Shown here: one piece after another, positions 8,765-17,106 of the stretch | Layout of the letters: each line of letters opens with the position of its first letter | Position numbering within the stretch: position 1 is the first letter of the stretch | Assembly: GCA_044226015.1 (NCBI GenBank) | Contig: JBGAHS010000002.1 | Span: 39,029 to 103,028, forward strand | Length of the DNA: 64,000 nucleotides | DNA from: Candidatus Obscuribacteraceae bacterium | Lineage (GTDB): Bacteria; Cyanobacteriota; Vampirovibrionia; Obscuribacterales; Obscuribacteraceae | Reading direction: 5' to 3' | The notes under the pieces: model-generated | Seen by the model: the letters and a program-made list of their open reading frames with translations, nothing else | What the model was told of the DNA's origin: nothing | Database searches by the model: none | Program-made: the position numbers and the translations under genes

Positions 8765-10999
8765 TCAGTCAACCTTCTTCCGACGCAAAAATGCTAGCGC
8801 CACTGGATGTTCATAAAAGCTTCTGTCGCCGTTCTTTTCAATCCATTTAAGATGCTTGATGGCATCTTGAGATTTTCCATTTTGCAATTCATCCATTGCC
8901 ATGTAGAAATACACCTCAGTCGAGCGCGAGTAACCACGAGCCTCTTCCTGGAAATCTTTAGCGCTCAAATCATGGCTGAGATAACGAACAATAGGACCGG
9001 GCCAGGCATGAGCAGTAGTCTGCTTTTTAGCTTGCTCAAGTAAGGTTCTTGCTGCACTTTCATTCTTCAAAAATCTGTAGGCAATAGAACCGACTATGTC
9101 AGCATAAACCCTGTCAGAATCTGGTTCGGAAGTGTTTGCAATAACGGACTCGGCATCGGCCGCAGATTCTTTGTATTTTTCCAGTCCGAGATAGGAATAA
9201 GAGCGTCCCAAGAAAGCTTGCACGCAGTCTGGGTCTAACTTGAGTGCTTCAGTGAGATCAGCACAAGCTTCAGCGCATTTTCCAACAGTCTGCTCAGCAG
9301 AAGCGCGAGCAATATAGCCTGCCTTGAATTTCTTTTGCTGAAGAGCCTTCGTATAATCTGCTATTGCCTTCTCGGGCTCGTCCACATCAGCCCAACCGCA
9401 CCCGCGCGAGAAATACTCCGGCGCATTGCTAGCAGAAATTTTTGCCATTTGCTTTCTGGCTTGCTCTCTGAGCTTTTTTGCTTCATCAAGGTTTTGAGCA
9501 ATGCCCTGGCCTTGCTCATACAAGGTAGCCAGCCGCATCTGTCCTTCCGCTTGCTCGTTGCTTGCATTTTTCTTGTAGAGATTGGCTGCACGTTCTAGAG
9601 ATTCTGGAAAACCATATTGGTATGAAAGAAAGTTGCCATAGGCAATTGGTGCTCTGAGCAAATCGAGTTGCATTGACAATTGCAAATACTTCTCGGCTTT
9701 AATCAGATCTTGCTTTTCACCATCTCCACGTTCATATGCGGCTGCAAGCGCGAGCATGCTCGCCATACTGCCTTTCTTTGATGCCATGTGATAATAGTAA
9801 ACTGAGCGTTTCAGGTCGCGCTTTACTCCACTGCCATCGTGATACATCCAGCCGAGAGCTAGCATTGCTTTAGCTGACCCCTGCTCAGCAGCGGCTTTTG
9901 TCATATCAAACACTTGCTTCAGAGACTCATTTGATGCAGTACCATGTTCATCTAATTGATTGGCAATCTGCATCATTGCATATTCATCTTTTTGCGCAGC
10001 AAGCTTACGTAAAGCAGCTTCGGCTCGCTCGTAGACAGAACCTGGCGCGTATATTTTCCGGAAAGTAGCACGGTCTCTTTCGGATAGCACAGGTGCGCCC
10101 GAAAAATACATCAGGTCGCCTGCATTACAAGAATGCCCTACAATTCCCAGCGCATGCCCAATTTCGTGCAGCAGAATCATGTGGCGATTAGCAACTCTCT
10201 TATCCGACTCGCAGGTGATTTCCGGATTGAAACGCAAAGGCTCTATCTTTGTTTTCAATACCGGAAAAACAGACCACTCCGATGGTCCCGATGGAATAGG
10301 TATTGTGTGAGCAAGTACTGACCTGGAAAAGCTCAAATCAATCAATCGATCTTTCTGCGCAAATGAAATGTCAGCCGCTGCTGGATTGTTCACCACTTTG
10401 TAGGAAAGTCTGCCTGGAACGATGGAACACCACTCATCAAAACACCTTTTGATGAGCCTTCTGTCGAAATCGTTGAAACCATCTTTTTTCGAATTTTCAG
10501 GAATATATATCCGAATTGGCATCTGCTCAGCACGCCAGTAGCAAATGTTCGAATGGCTCACCAGCTCTCCGAAGTAATCATCTTTCTCCATAATCCGGCG
10601 ACAGTCTAGAAGTTCCTTCAAAACAACCTTCACTTTGTTGTTTAACTTCTTGAAGTCGGGCTGATGCATAGCGTACTTATAATCGATTGTTCCCAGGTCA
10701 GGATGCCCCTCCATATCGTGCTTTTGAGCAGATGTGAGAAGTTCTACTGCAGTCATGTTGTTGAGAACGTTGAAATACTTAAAAGTGCCATTCTCTTGCT
10801 TGTAATAAATGTGCGAGTGAATCTTTATAGTCATCCACACAAATGTAATTAGTGCAAAGCCCATAAGCAGGAGAGCAAAACCAAGAATGAAATGCCGCCA
10901 ATTAATACTGCGGACATCAGTTCCTGATTTAGCGGAATTGGGCGCGGGCTGCATCGGCATTCCATTCATCGATGTCAAATCTATAATCCAAGAGATCAT
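8765..10999 (-). CDS. membrane-anchored matrixin-like metzincin fused to Sel1 and TPR repeats
   Basis: N-terminal TM (FILGFALLLMGFALITFVWMTI). Zinc motif HEIGHALGIVGHS (about 10128-10170) followed by a Met-turn candidate DLMYF. Sel1-like units (GSAKAMLALGWMYHDGSGVKRDLKRSVYYYHMASKKGSMASMLALAAAYERGDGEKQD) and C-terminal TPR-like units. Confidence 0.85.
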   Translation of the reverse strand: MISWIIDLTSMNGMPMQPAPNSAKSGTDVRSINWRHFILGFALLLMGFALITFVWMTIKIHSHIYYKQENGTFKYFNVLNNMTAVELLTSAQKHDMEGHPDLGTIDYKYAMHQPDFKKLNNKVKVVLKELLDCRRIMEKDDYFGELVSHSNICYWRAEQMPIRIYIPENSKKDGFNDFDRRLIKRCFDEWCSIVPGRLSYKVVNNPAAADISFAQKDRLIDLSFSRSVLAHTIPIPSGPSEWSVFPVLKTKIEPLRFNPEITCESDKRVANRHMILLHEIGHALGIVGHSCNAGDLMYFSGAPVLSERDRATFRKIYAPGSVYERAEAALRKLAAQKDEYAMMQIANQLDEHGTASNESLKQVFDMTKAAAEQGSAKAMLALGWMYHDGSGVKRDLKRSVYYYHMASKKGSMASMLALAAAYERGDGEKQDLIKAEKYLQLSMQLDLLRAPIAYGNFLSYQYGFPESLERAANLYKKNASNEQAEGQMRLATLYEQGQGIAQNLDEAKKLREQARKQMAKISASNAPEYFSRGCGWADVDEPEKAIADYTKALQQKKFKAGYIARASAEQTVGKCAEACADLTEALKLDPDCVQAFLGRSYSYLGLEKYKESAADAESVIANTSEPDSDRVYADIVGSIAYRFLKNESAARTLLEQAKKQTTAHAWPGPIVRYLSHDLSAKDFQEEARGYSRSTEVYFYMAMDELQNGKSQDAIKHLKWIEKNGDRSFYEHPVALAFLRRKKVD

Positions 11000-11042
11000 T
11001 CCCCCTGTAGCTTAGCAATTAACGGATGAGCCCGCACGCAGC

Positions 11043-12848
11043 TTGCTTATTAAAACAAAACAGCATAAGGCCCTGAGCCAAACTCGTGATACCTTTGTAG
11101 AACGTTCTCTATTGCAATGCGAGGCCTCTGGAGTCAGCAAGAAATCAATGGTTCCAACCCAAATGACATCAACTAGCAAAGGACGAAACAAAAACACGGT
11201 GGATGTAAGCGCTCCACCTGTTCTGGCTTGCATAGATATGGGCACCAACTCTTTCCACATGATTGTGTGCCAGGCTAGCGAAAATCACGATAATTTTGAG
11301 GTCATTACCAAGGTTAGAGATGCAGTGCCGTTTTTTCGACGGGCACTCACCGCTCACACCATCGACGAAACAGCGATGACCAGTGCATTGCGCATACTCA
11401 AAGACATGAAGACAAAAGCCGCGGAACATGGCGCCAGACGCCTGGTTGCGGTTGCAACATCAGCAGTTCGCGAATCTGACAATGGCGAACTGGTACTCAG
11501 CAAAATTAGAAACGAACTTGCATTAGATGCCCGCATGATTTCGGGTCGCGAAGAAGCACGGCTTATCTATTTGGGTGTTCTCTGGAGCATGCCCAAACTA
11601 AAGGGTAAGTTTGCAATCGTTGATATCGGCGGTGGAAGCACCGAAGTAATTGTTGCAGACCGGCATCGTTCGTACTTTTCAGAGTCTTACAAACTTGGTG
11701 CGGCGCGTCTCACACAACGCTTCTTCAAGAAAGATAGCCCCACCCCACAAGAAATTCGCGAACTTCACGACGAAGTGAGAGGCATGCTTAGACCCGCAGC
11801 CGCAAGAATTGCAGAAAGCGGTGGCTTCAGCCAACTCATCGGAACATCAGGTACGGTGCAAGCCCTGGCTAAACTCGACCGCTCACGTCACAAAAAATCG
11901 GCTCAGCAAGAACTCGATGGATATGTGCTTACCTTGAGCGCCCTCGAAGAAATTGTGGCATTCCTGGAAGAGGCTTCGCTTGAAGGGGCAAAAATAAGCG
12001 GCGTCAGCAGCGATCGCAACCGCACAATTTTGGCAGGTTCGATTGTACTGCTGGAAGCCATGCGGTCTTTAGGCGTTAACCAAATCACGGTGTGCACAGC
12101 CGCACTCCGCGAAGGCGTTGTAGTGGACATGCTTCTGCAAGAAGGGTGGATTGAAGCTGGCTTGAGCGAGCATCTCAACCCACGTGCACGAAGTGTCTAT
12201 GCGCTGCTCGAAAAATATCAGGCAAGCGTTGAGCACGCCGAACAGGTCGCAGACCTTGCATTTCAAATTTTCGATAAAACCCGCGAACTCAAACTGCATA
12301 ACTACGGGGACCAGGCGCTTCATATGCTGTGGTCAGCCTCAATGCTTCATGATGTCGGCATGTTCATTGGCCGAAACGGGCATCACAAGCACTCCTTCTA
12401 CTTGATTAAAAACGGCGGCTTATTGGGTCATTCCGAGGAAGAAGTAGCGATTATCGCGAACATCGCCAGATATCACAGAGGAAGCGAACCTAAACCGTCG
12501 CATGAAGCGTACACTCAGCTTGAGACTCAAGACAAGCAGATGGTCGCTGACATGGCGGCTATACTCCGATTGGCCGAAGCACTAGATAGAAGCCACAGAC
12601 AAGTAGTGCAGCGCATTGAGTTTGACATTCAGGCGCCGTCAAAAGGTCAAGACAGGACGCCTGCCTCTCTGCTGATTTTTGTGCGCCAGGGCGAAAGCTG
12701 GGAGCCAGAAACGTGGGCACTCAAGGAAAAGAAAGCCTTCTTCGAAAAACAGTTTCTTTTGAAACTCAATTTTGAAGTGAGAGTAGAGAGCAGACCACAA
12801 ATGACCCGAAGCGCCCTTAGCAGCTTCCGGTCAAAAGCCAGCCCTTAA
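11043..12848 (+). CDS. ppx: exopolyphosphatase / guanosine pentaphosphate phosphohydrolase (Ppx/GppA) with C-terminal HD domain
   Basis: ACIDMGTNSFHMIV, VDIGGGSTEV and LHDVGMFIGRNGHHKHSFYLI motifs. The longest ORF starts at TTG 11043. ATG 11148 is an alternative start. Confidence 0.9.
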   Translation: MLIKTKQHKALSQTRDTFVERSLLQCEASGVSKKSMVPTQMTSTSKGRNKNTVDVSAPPVLACIDMGTNSFHMIVCQASENHDNFEVITKVRDAVPFFRRALTAHTIDETAMTSALRILKDMKTKAAEHGARRLVAVATSAVRESDNGELVLSKIRNELALDARMISGREEARLIYLGVLWSMPKLKGKFAIVDIGGGSTEVIVADRHRSYFSESYKLGAARLTQRFFKKDSPTPQEIRELHDEVRGMLRPAAARIAESGGFSQLIGTSGTVQALAKLDRSRHKKSAQQELDGYVLTLSALEEIVAFLEEASLEGAKISGVSSDRNRTILAGSIVLLEAMRSLGVNQITVCTAALREGVVVDMLLQEGWIEAGLSEHLNPRARSVYALLEKYQASVEHAEQVADLAFQIFDKTRELKLHNYGDQALHMLWSASMLHDVGMFIGRNGHHKHSFYLIKNGGLLGHSEEEVAIIANIARYHRGSEPKPSHEAYTQLETQDKQMVADMAAILRLAEALDRSHRQVVQRIEFDIQAPSKGQDRTPASLLIFVRQGESWEPETWALKEKKAFFEKQFLLKLNFEVRVESRPQMTRSALSSFRSKASP

Positions 12849-13005
12849 CTTGACAATAATTCTACAATCTGCCTTAATTGCCTTTAACACTACTTCTGCC
12901 AAAAGGAACGAAGAACTCAGGGATAACCCCGGTTTAACAGGTGGAAATTCCAGGCATGATGTAGTCAGGCAAGTGGGCGCAGTCCAGTGCGTCCAGGAGG
13001 AATCA

Positions 13006-13248
13006 ATGAAGTTGCGTCTGCTTGTTACGGGTCTGATGGCTTTAATTTTGCAGTTTTCTTGCGGCGCGGCCCACGCAGTCACATGGTTTGATACCAGCGT
13101 GCGACCAGACGGCGTAGGCGACACAGGCTATAGCCCAAGCAACAACAACGGACAAACTTACGCCGCACCCAGCGAAGACGGAGGAACCATCGTCTACGGT
13201 GGACAGGATGGCGAAGTTGTAGGCGATGTTTTTGATTCCGGCGACTAA
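13006..13248 (+). CDS. small secreted hypothetical protein (80 aa)
   Basis: AGGAGG at 12995-13000 lies 5 nt before ATG 13006. Signal peptide MKLRLLVTGLMALILQFSCGAAHA. Followed by a hairpin terminator. The ORF-track entry (12850-13248) extends upstream without support. Confidence 0.55.
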   Translation: MKLRLLVTGLMALILQFSCGAAHAVTWFDTSVRPDGVGDTGYSPSNNNGQTYAAPSEDGGTIVYGGQDGEVVGDVFDSGD

Positions 13249-13274
13249 CGAAAGCCGCTTAAATTCAGTGTTTG

Positions 13275-13299
13275 AAACCGCTCGTGAGGGCGGTTTTTT
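13275..13299 (+). terminator. rho-independent terminator
   Basis: AAACCGC (13275-13281) pairs with GCGGTTT (13290-13296), extendable inward with a G-U pair to a GTGA loop, and runs into a T tract through 13299. Lies 27 nt after the stop of the small secreted gene. Confidence 0.6.
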
Positions 13300-13367
13300 G
13301 TTGGCATTTTGTCCAACCGCGCAATTATCAATCGTCCTGCGCCATCCACAGGTCCTTTTACAGATAC

Positions 13368-13499
13368 ACGGATCCTTTTATCCATTCTCAAGCCATTGAT
13401 GCAGCGACATCTCTGCATCTCTATGACGGATCCGCCTGTGCAATAACAGAGCCCGGGACATCCACGTCAATTCACAATCCATTGATGCAAGGCGGATCC
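13368..13499. promoter_or_regulatory. cluster of CGGATCC-core motifs plus an 11-nt direct repeat upstream of the response-regulator gene (candidate operator sites)
   Basis: ACGGATCC at 13368, ACGGATCCGC at 13426 (8-bp palindrome CGGATCCG) and GCGGATCC at 13492. The first and third copies are followed by TTTT. There is an exact CCATTGATGCA repeat at 13393 and 13479, and an inverted repeat GATGCAG-n8-CTGCATC at about 13398-13419. Confidence 0.4.
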
Positions 13500-13790
13500 T
13501 TTTTGCAGAAACTTCGCATCAACCCAAAGAGAATGATGACACCGTATGTGCCACCACAACGAAACAAGCCACAGCAACAATCTGTCGCACCATATACGCC
13601 ACCAAGATCAAATAAAGTATCTGTACCGAAGTTTAACCGGACGAAAGATTAGCAATCCATAACACAAGTGTTAGAGAATCTTCTTTATCGGTTCAGACAC
13701 AATGTCTAGACAGAAGACAAGAGGAGGGAATAGAATGGACGAAATTCGTCCCCCGCAGGAACGAAATTCCCCTTTAACCATCTACAGAAG

Positions 13791-14411
13791 TTGACTGTTT
13801 TTCAACAAGAACTTCAAAAGGTGCAGGATTCTATTATGCCAATGCAAGCAATATCCCTCCTCATCGTTGACGACGAGCCAGTTACAAGACGTGGGCTACA
13901 GCTTTTCGTTCAACAGTTGAAGGGAATTGAAGTTCTAGATGTAGCGATTGATGCAGAAGATGCCCTGAGCAAAATCGAAAATTTGCACCCCTCCGTTGTA
14001 GTAATGGACATTGGTCTCCCGGGAATGGACGGCATCTCTGCAGCTCGCGAAATAAAAAAAAGAAATCCCAATCAAAAAGTTTTGATGCTTACTGCAAACG
14101 AAAGTGAAGATGCGATTTTCGGTTCTTTCGATGCAGGTGCTGATGGGTATGTCTTGAAGACAGCTTTCGCCAACAGCCTTGAGCTGGCACTTAGAACTAT
14201 AAAGTGCGGCTCAGTGTGGTTTGACCCGATGATTGCTCAAAAAATCTTGCAATTCGCCAGGGGAAACTCGCCAGTGTCGCAGTCAGCCACTCTTTCTAAG
14301 AATGAGCAGGGAGTTCTCGAAGAGCTTGCCAGAGAAAGCTGCAGTGATGGAGTCTGCCTGATCAATCCGAGTTTCATCGACAATTTAAGAAGAGCACGCT
14401 TTCATCCCTAG
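13791..14411 (+). CDS. orphan response regulator (CheY-like receiver; NarL/LuxR-type linker with a truncated or degenerate output region)
   Basis: Receiver motifs LLIVDDEP, VVVMDIGLPGMDG and VLMLTA...GADGYVLK. The C-terminus starts like a NarL-family protein (WFDPMIAQKIL...LSKNEQGVLEELA) and then stops after about 25 unrelated residues. The start is probably ATG 13836 (MPMQAISLL). No histidine kinase is nearby. Confidence 0.85.
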   Translation: MTVFQQELQKVQDSIMPMQAISLLIVDDEPVTRRGLQLFVQQLKGIEVLDVAIDAEDALSKIENLHPSVVVMDIGLPGMDGISAAREIKKRNPNQKVLMLTANESEDAIFGSFDAGADGYVLKTAFANSLELALRTIKCGSVWFDPMIAQKILQFARGNSPVSQSATLSKNEQGVLEELARESCSDGVCLINPSFIDNLRRARFHP

Positions 14412-14429
14412 ACCTCGTTTGAGCAAACC

Positions 14430-14487
14430 TGGATCCGGAACTGGTCTCTAAATTGGATCCGGAACTGGCTCGAACTGGATCCGGAAC
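14430..14487. repeat. three exact copies of TGGATCCGGAAC spaced 24 and 22 nt apart
   Basis: Copies at 14430-14441, 14454-14465 and 14476-14487, immediately downstream of the response-regulator stop. Followed by the short inverted repeat CCGAACCGGATTCGG. Confidence 0.7.
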
Positions 14488-14539
14488 CCGAACCGGATTC
14501 GGATATGGAGCTAAACTGGATGGATGCAAGAAATGTATT

Positions 14540-14592
14540 CCAGAAAGCAAAAGCGCCGCGCTGGCGCACGACGCTCTCAGATTCTTTTCTGG
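14540..14592. terminator. possible bidirectional hairpin between convergent genes
   Basis: Outer arms CCAGAAAG (14540-14547) and CTTTTCTGG (14584-14592). Inner GC stem GCGCC (14553-14557) and GGCGC (14563-14567). Lies between the RR gene (+) and the 14604 operon end (-). The T tracts are weak. Confidence 0.35.
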
Positions 14593-14603
14593 ACTAACCC
14601 TGA

Positions 14604-15317
14604 TTAGTTAGCCATGGGCTTTGATTGCTGAGCGATTTTTCTGTTCTCAGCGACCTTTTTCACATTGCTCAGACGAGTCGCTAGTTTCTTCCCGGCGATG
14701 TTCTCAATAAAAGAACGTGGAGCTGGAACACCTATATCAATAAAAGAACCCAATTCGAGAATGGTATTTCCATCTACATCAGGTTGGAGAATCCAGCTGC
14801 CTTCGACAGCTTTGAAACGATCTGACTTCAACAAGTGATAGTCAATTCTCTTATTAGTTTCTTCTGTACTTTTCAAAACACAAACGGAAGTACCAAGAAC
14901 CGGAATCAATTGGAATTTTTGTTCCAGGGTTTGCTCAGTTTTACCGTGCTCATTTTTTCCTTCTTCCAGAATCTTGCTATAAGCAAGGTCTGGATCAGAC
15001 TTACGTTCTTCATGGACAGCTTCCCAAACATCGTGTGGCTGAGCATTGATCTTGATCTTCGCAGTTACCCAACGGCGTCCGTTTGGCTTGGGAGCCGTAC
15101 CGATTACTACCTGACCTTTTGATAGCTTTGCATGCTCTGCTTCGGTAACAACCACCAGCGGTGGCTCAGCCTTTGTCTCTGTTGTTGGACAGTGAGTTAC
15201 GTGCTGGGTTTGCACTACATCAGCCGAGTTATTCGCAAGTGCTGGACTCGAACATAAAGACGCGAACGCCATCATTACTGCGCCTTTTTTCACATGTTCA
15301 ACAGTTGATTTCTTCAC
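14604..15317 (-). CDS. secreted SRPBCC (START/cyclase-dehydrase-like) family protein
   Basis: GAGGT lies 7 nt upstream of GTG 15317. Signal peptide ...GAVMMAFASLCSSPALA. The core (AQPHDVWEAVHEERKSDPDLAYSKI...VEGSWILQPDVDGNTILELGSFIDIG) has an SRPBCC-like pattern. The longest ORF extends to TTG 15404. Confidence 0.6.
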   Translation of the reverse strand: MKKSTVEHVKKGAVMMAFASLCSSPALANNSADVVQTQHVTHCPTTETKAEPPLVVVTEAEHAKLSKGQVVIGTAPKPNGRRWVTAKIKINAQPHDVWEAVHEERKSDPDLAYSKILEEGKNEHGKTEQTLEQKFQLIPVLGTSVCVLKSTEETNKRIDYHLLKSDRFKAVEGSWILQPDVDGNTILELGSFIDIGVPAPRSFIENIAGKKLATRLSNVKKVAENRKIAQQSKPMAN

Positions 15318-15466
15318 AACACTTACCTCATACCGACTAAAGAATGTACTTGAACGCAGTAACAAACAGCTTGTTGTTAGTTGTTTGTTCCGTCTTGCTG
15401 ACAAAAAGGAGAGCGCATCATGCTATACCAGATTGTCGACGAACTTAATTTATGAAGGTTCCTCAT

Positions 15467-16114
15467 TTATACTCCGATTGGAATAAACTTGGGAACCAGT
15501 CGGCGCCACTTCATCTCTTCGCCATATTGTTTGTATTCAGAGCCCAAACTTTCGAGGAGAAGTTTTTCCTCGTATTTGGCTCTGTTAAGCCAGAGAGGTG
15601 CCACCAAAAATAGAGTCAAGCAAACTGCAAGGGGTGAAAGTGAGGCGAGCGATGCCCCAAGTACACTTTGAATAATGCCTGAGTAAGCCGGGTGCATGAC
15701 GAACTTCAACAATCCATCTTTACGCACCTTATGACCATCGAGTACTTCCGCGTCAGTGGTGAAGCACTCTCCTAAAGAATACCAGCCACCGATCATAAAA
15801 ACCAATCCGCTAAAGAACTGAATTACACCCCACCAGCCGATCGGCTGAGCGGCTTCAGGAGCCACAAATGGTATCGGACACAGAATCATCGCAAGTGTTC
15901 CGCCAATCAAACCAAATTGCGCTAAGAAGCCGAGAATCAGAACGATGACTGTTAGCAGAGTTGAGTATTGCGGTGCACGTTGAATCAGAAAATTCACTTC
16001 GTAAAAGACACCGGTTCCACGTCTCTGAAAACCTTTATATAGAACTGGCGCTGAAAGAAGAGCTCCGATACCAGCCAGAATTGCCGTGCATATGGTCGGC
16101 GGTGAAAGTTGCAT
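15467..16114 (-). CDS. isoprenylcysteine carboxyl methyltransferase / phospholipid methyltransferase family membrane protein
   Basis: Multi-TM protein ending in VRKDGLLKFVMHPAYSGIIQSVLG...LNRAKYEEKLLLESLGSEYKQYGEEMKWRRLVP, the typical ICMT/PEMT C-terminal signature. Confidence 0.8.
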   Translation of the reverse strand: MQLSPPTICTAILAGIGALLSAPVLYKGFQRRGTGVFYEVNFLIQRAPQYSTLLTVIVLILGFLAQFGLIGGTLAMILCPIPFVAPEAAQPIGWWGVIQFFSGLVFMIGGWYSLGECFTTDAEVLDGHKVRKDGLLKFVMHPAYSGIIQSVLGASLASLSPLAVCLTLFLVAPLWLNRAKYEEKLLLESLGSEYKQYGEEMKWRRLVPKFIPIGV

Positions 16115-16131
16115 ACGAACCAGGATCCTCC

Positions 16132-16896
16132 CTAGAGATCAAAAAGCGTGTCGTTTAAATCGATATTGAGCTGGACATCTTTCCAATTTGTATGAGCAAA
16201 CAGCTTTCCGTCCTTATAATCAAACCACTCGCGTGGTAACAATGTCTGTGGGTCTATGTAAGCGCGCTTCATGAGTTCGTCTTTGGACGCACTCGTATAG
16301 AGTTCGATTATGTAAACGGGCTTCGGATGACCTTCTACTGTAACAGTCGATTCTGTCACCAAACTTTTCTTGCCTGCCTTAACAAAGTTAAGCATGACTT
16401 GGGACATTCCGTAGAAATCAGAATCAACAAGCGGGTATCCGTTACCTGACCGAACCCATTCAGAATCAGGGTCAACAGTTGCTACAAATTTCGACATCAA
16501 ACCGCCGAGATGCCCTTTGACCTTTCCGTTCTTTAACAGAACTGCACACGAACCTTTCTTAAAAGGTCCCAACTCCTCTGCGCGAATCTGACGAGGACGC
16601 TTGTAATAAAACTTACTGTTCTCTTCGATCGACTTTCCACCTTTGTAGACCGTCATGTGAGATTGAAATGTATAGGACTTCAGCTGATCGGCAGCGTCTG
16701 CCATTTCTTTGAGAAAATCGGCGCCATCACGCATGCGCTCTTGAGTTTGTCCAGCTGCGGCTGAAACTGAAGTTGCTTTGTCTGGAACGCGGGTCGGCAG
16801 CTGGGTGCTTTCTGCAAGACCTGGATTGAGCAAACTCAACGCGAAAGTGGCAAGACTGATTTGCAGTAATCTGGAGAACCTGGTTCTAAAGTGCAT
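16132..16896 (-). CDS. secreted hypothetical protein (possibly LolA-like fold)
   Basis: Signal peptide MHFRTRFSRLLQISLATFALSLLNPGLA. Ends 17 nt upstream of the ICMT-family gene on the same strand. The fold assignment is only a guess from size and composition. Confidence 0.6.
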   Translation of the reverse strand: MHFRTRFSRLLQISLATFALSLLNPGLAESTQLPTRVPDKATSVSAAAGQTQERMRDGADFLKEMADAADQLKSYTFQSHMTVYKGGKSIEENSKFYYKRPRQIRAEELGPFKKGSCAVLLKNGKVKGHLGGLMSKFVATVDPDSEWVRSGNGYPLVDSDFYGMSQVMLNFVKAGKKSLVTESTVTVEGHPKPVYIIELYTSASKDELMKRAYIDPQTLLPREWFDYKDGKLFAHTNWKDVQLNIDLNDTLFDL

Positions 16897-17106
16897 CTGT
16901 ATTGACTCTTGGTTTGGAGCTCAGTGTGAATAACCGGTTATATCTGGATATTAGGACCAAAAAAGGAAGTTCAGTTAACGAGACTTTCCCCTTTGCTAGC
17001 TTCCGCATGATTATGCCATGACTGCAAAAGCACGTTCCTTAGAGGTACTTGATGTTGCCAAGATCCGCCAGCGATGGCGCGGATTGAGCGCTGCGATAAA
17101 ACTTAA

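Noticed and set aside
12850-13005. Upstream extension of the small secreted gene (ORF-track start 12850)
   Set aside because: It starts 1 nt after the ppx stop with a non-ATG codon. The AGGAGG plus ATG at 13006 gives a canonical signal peptide at the very N-terminus instead.
13272-13652. 126-aa plus-strand ORF in the gap before the response regulator. Its tail has a PYVPPQRNK / PYTPPRSNK internal repeat.
   Set aside because: Its 5' end runs through the terminator hairpin at 13275-13299. It has no SD and an odd composition. A short peptide starting at an internal Met cannot be excluded but is unsupported.
14054-14061. A8 homopolymer inside the response-regulator gene as the cause of the truncated output domain
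   Set aside because: The tract lies within the receiver domain (REIKKRNPNQK), and the reading frame after it still encodes canonical receiver motifs. It does not explain the C-terminal truncation.
14430-14487. Possible miniature CRISPR array (three 12-nt repeats)
   Set aside because: The repeats are far too short, the spacers are only 10-12 nt, there are only three units, and there are no cas genes in the window.
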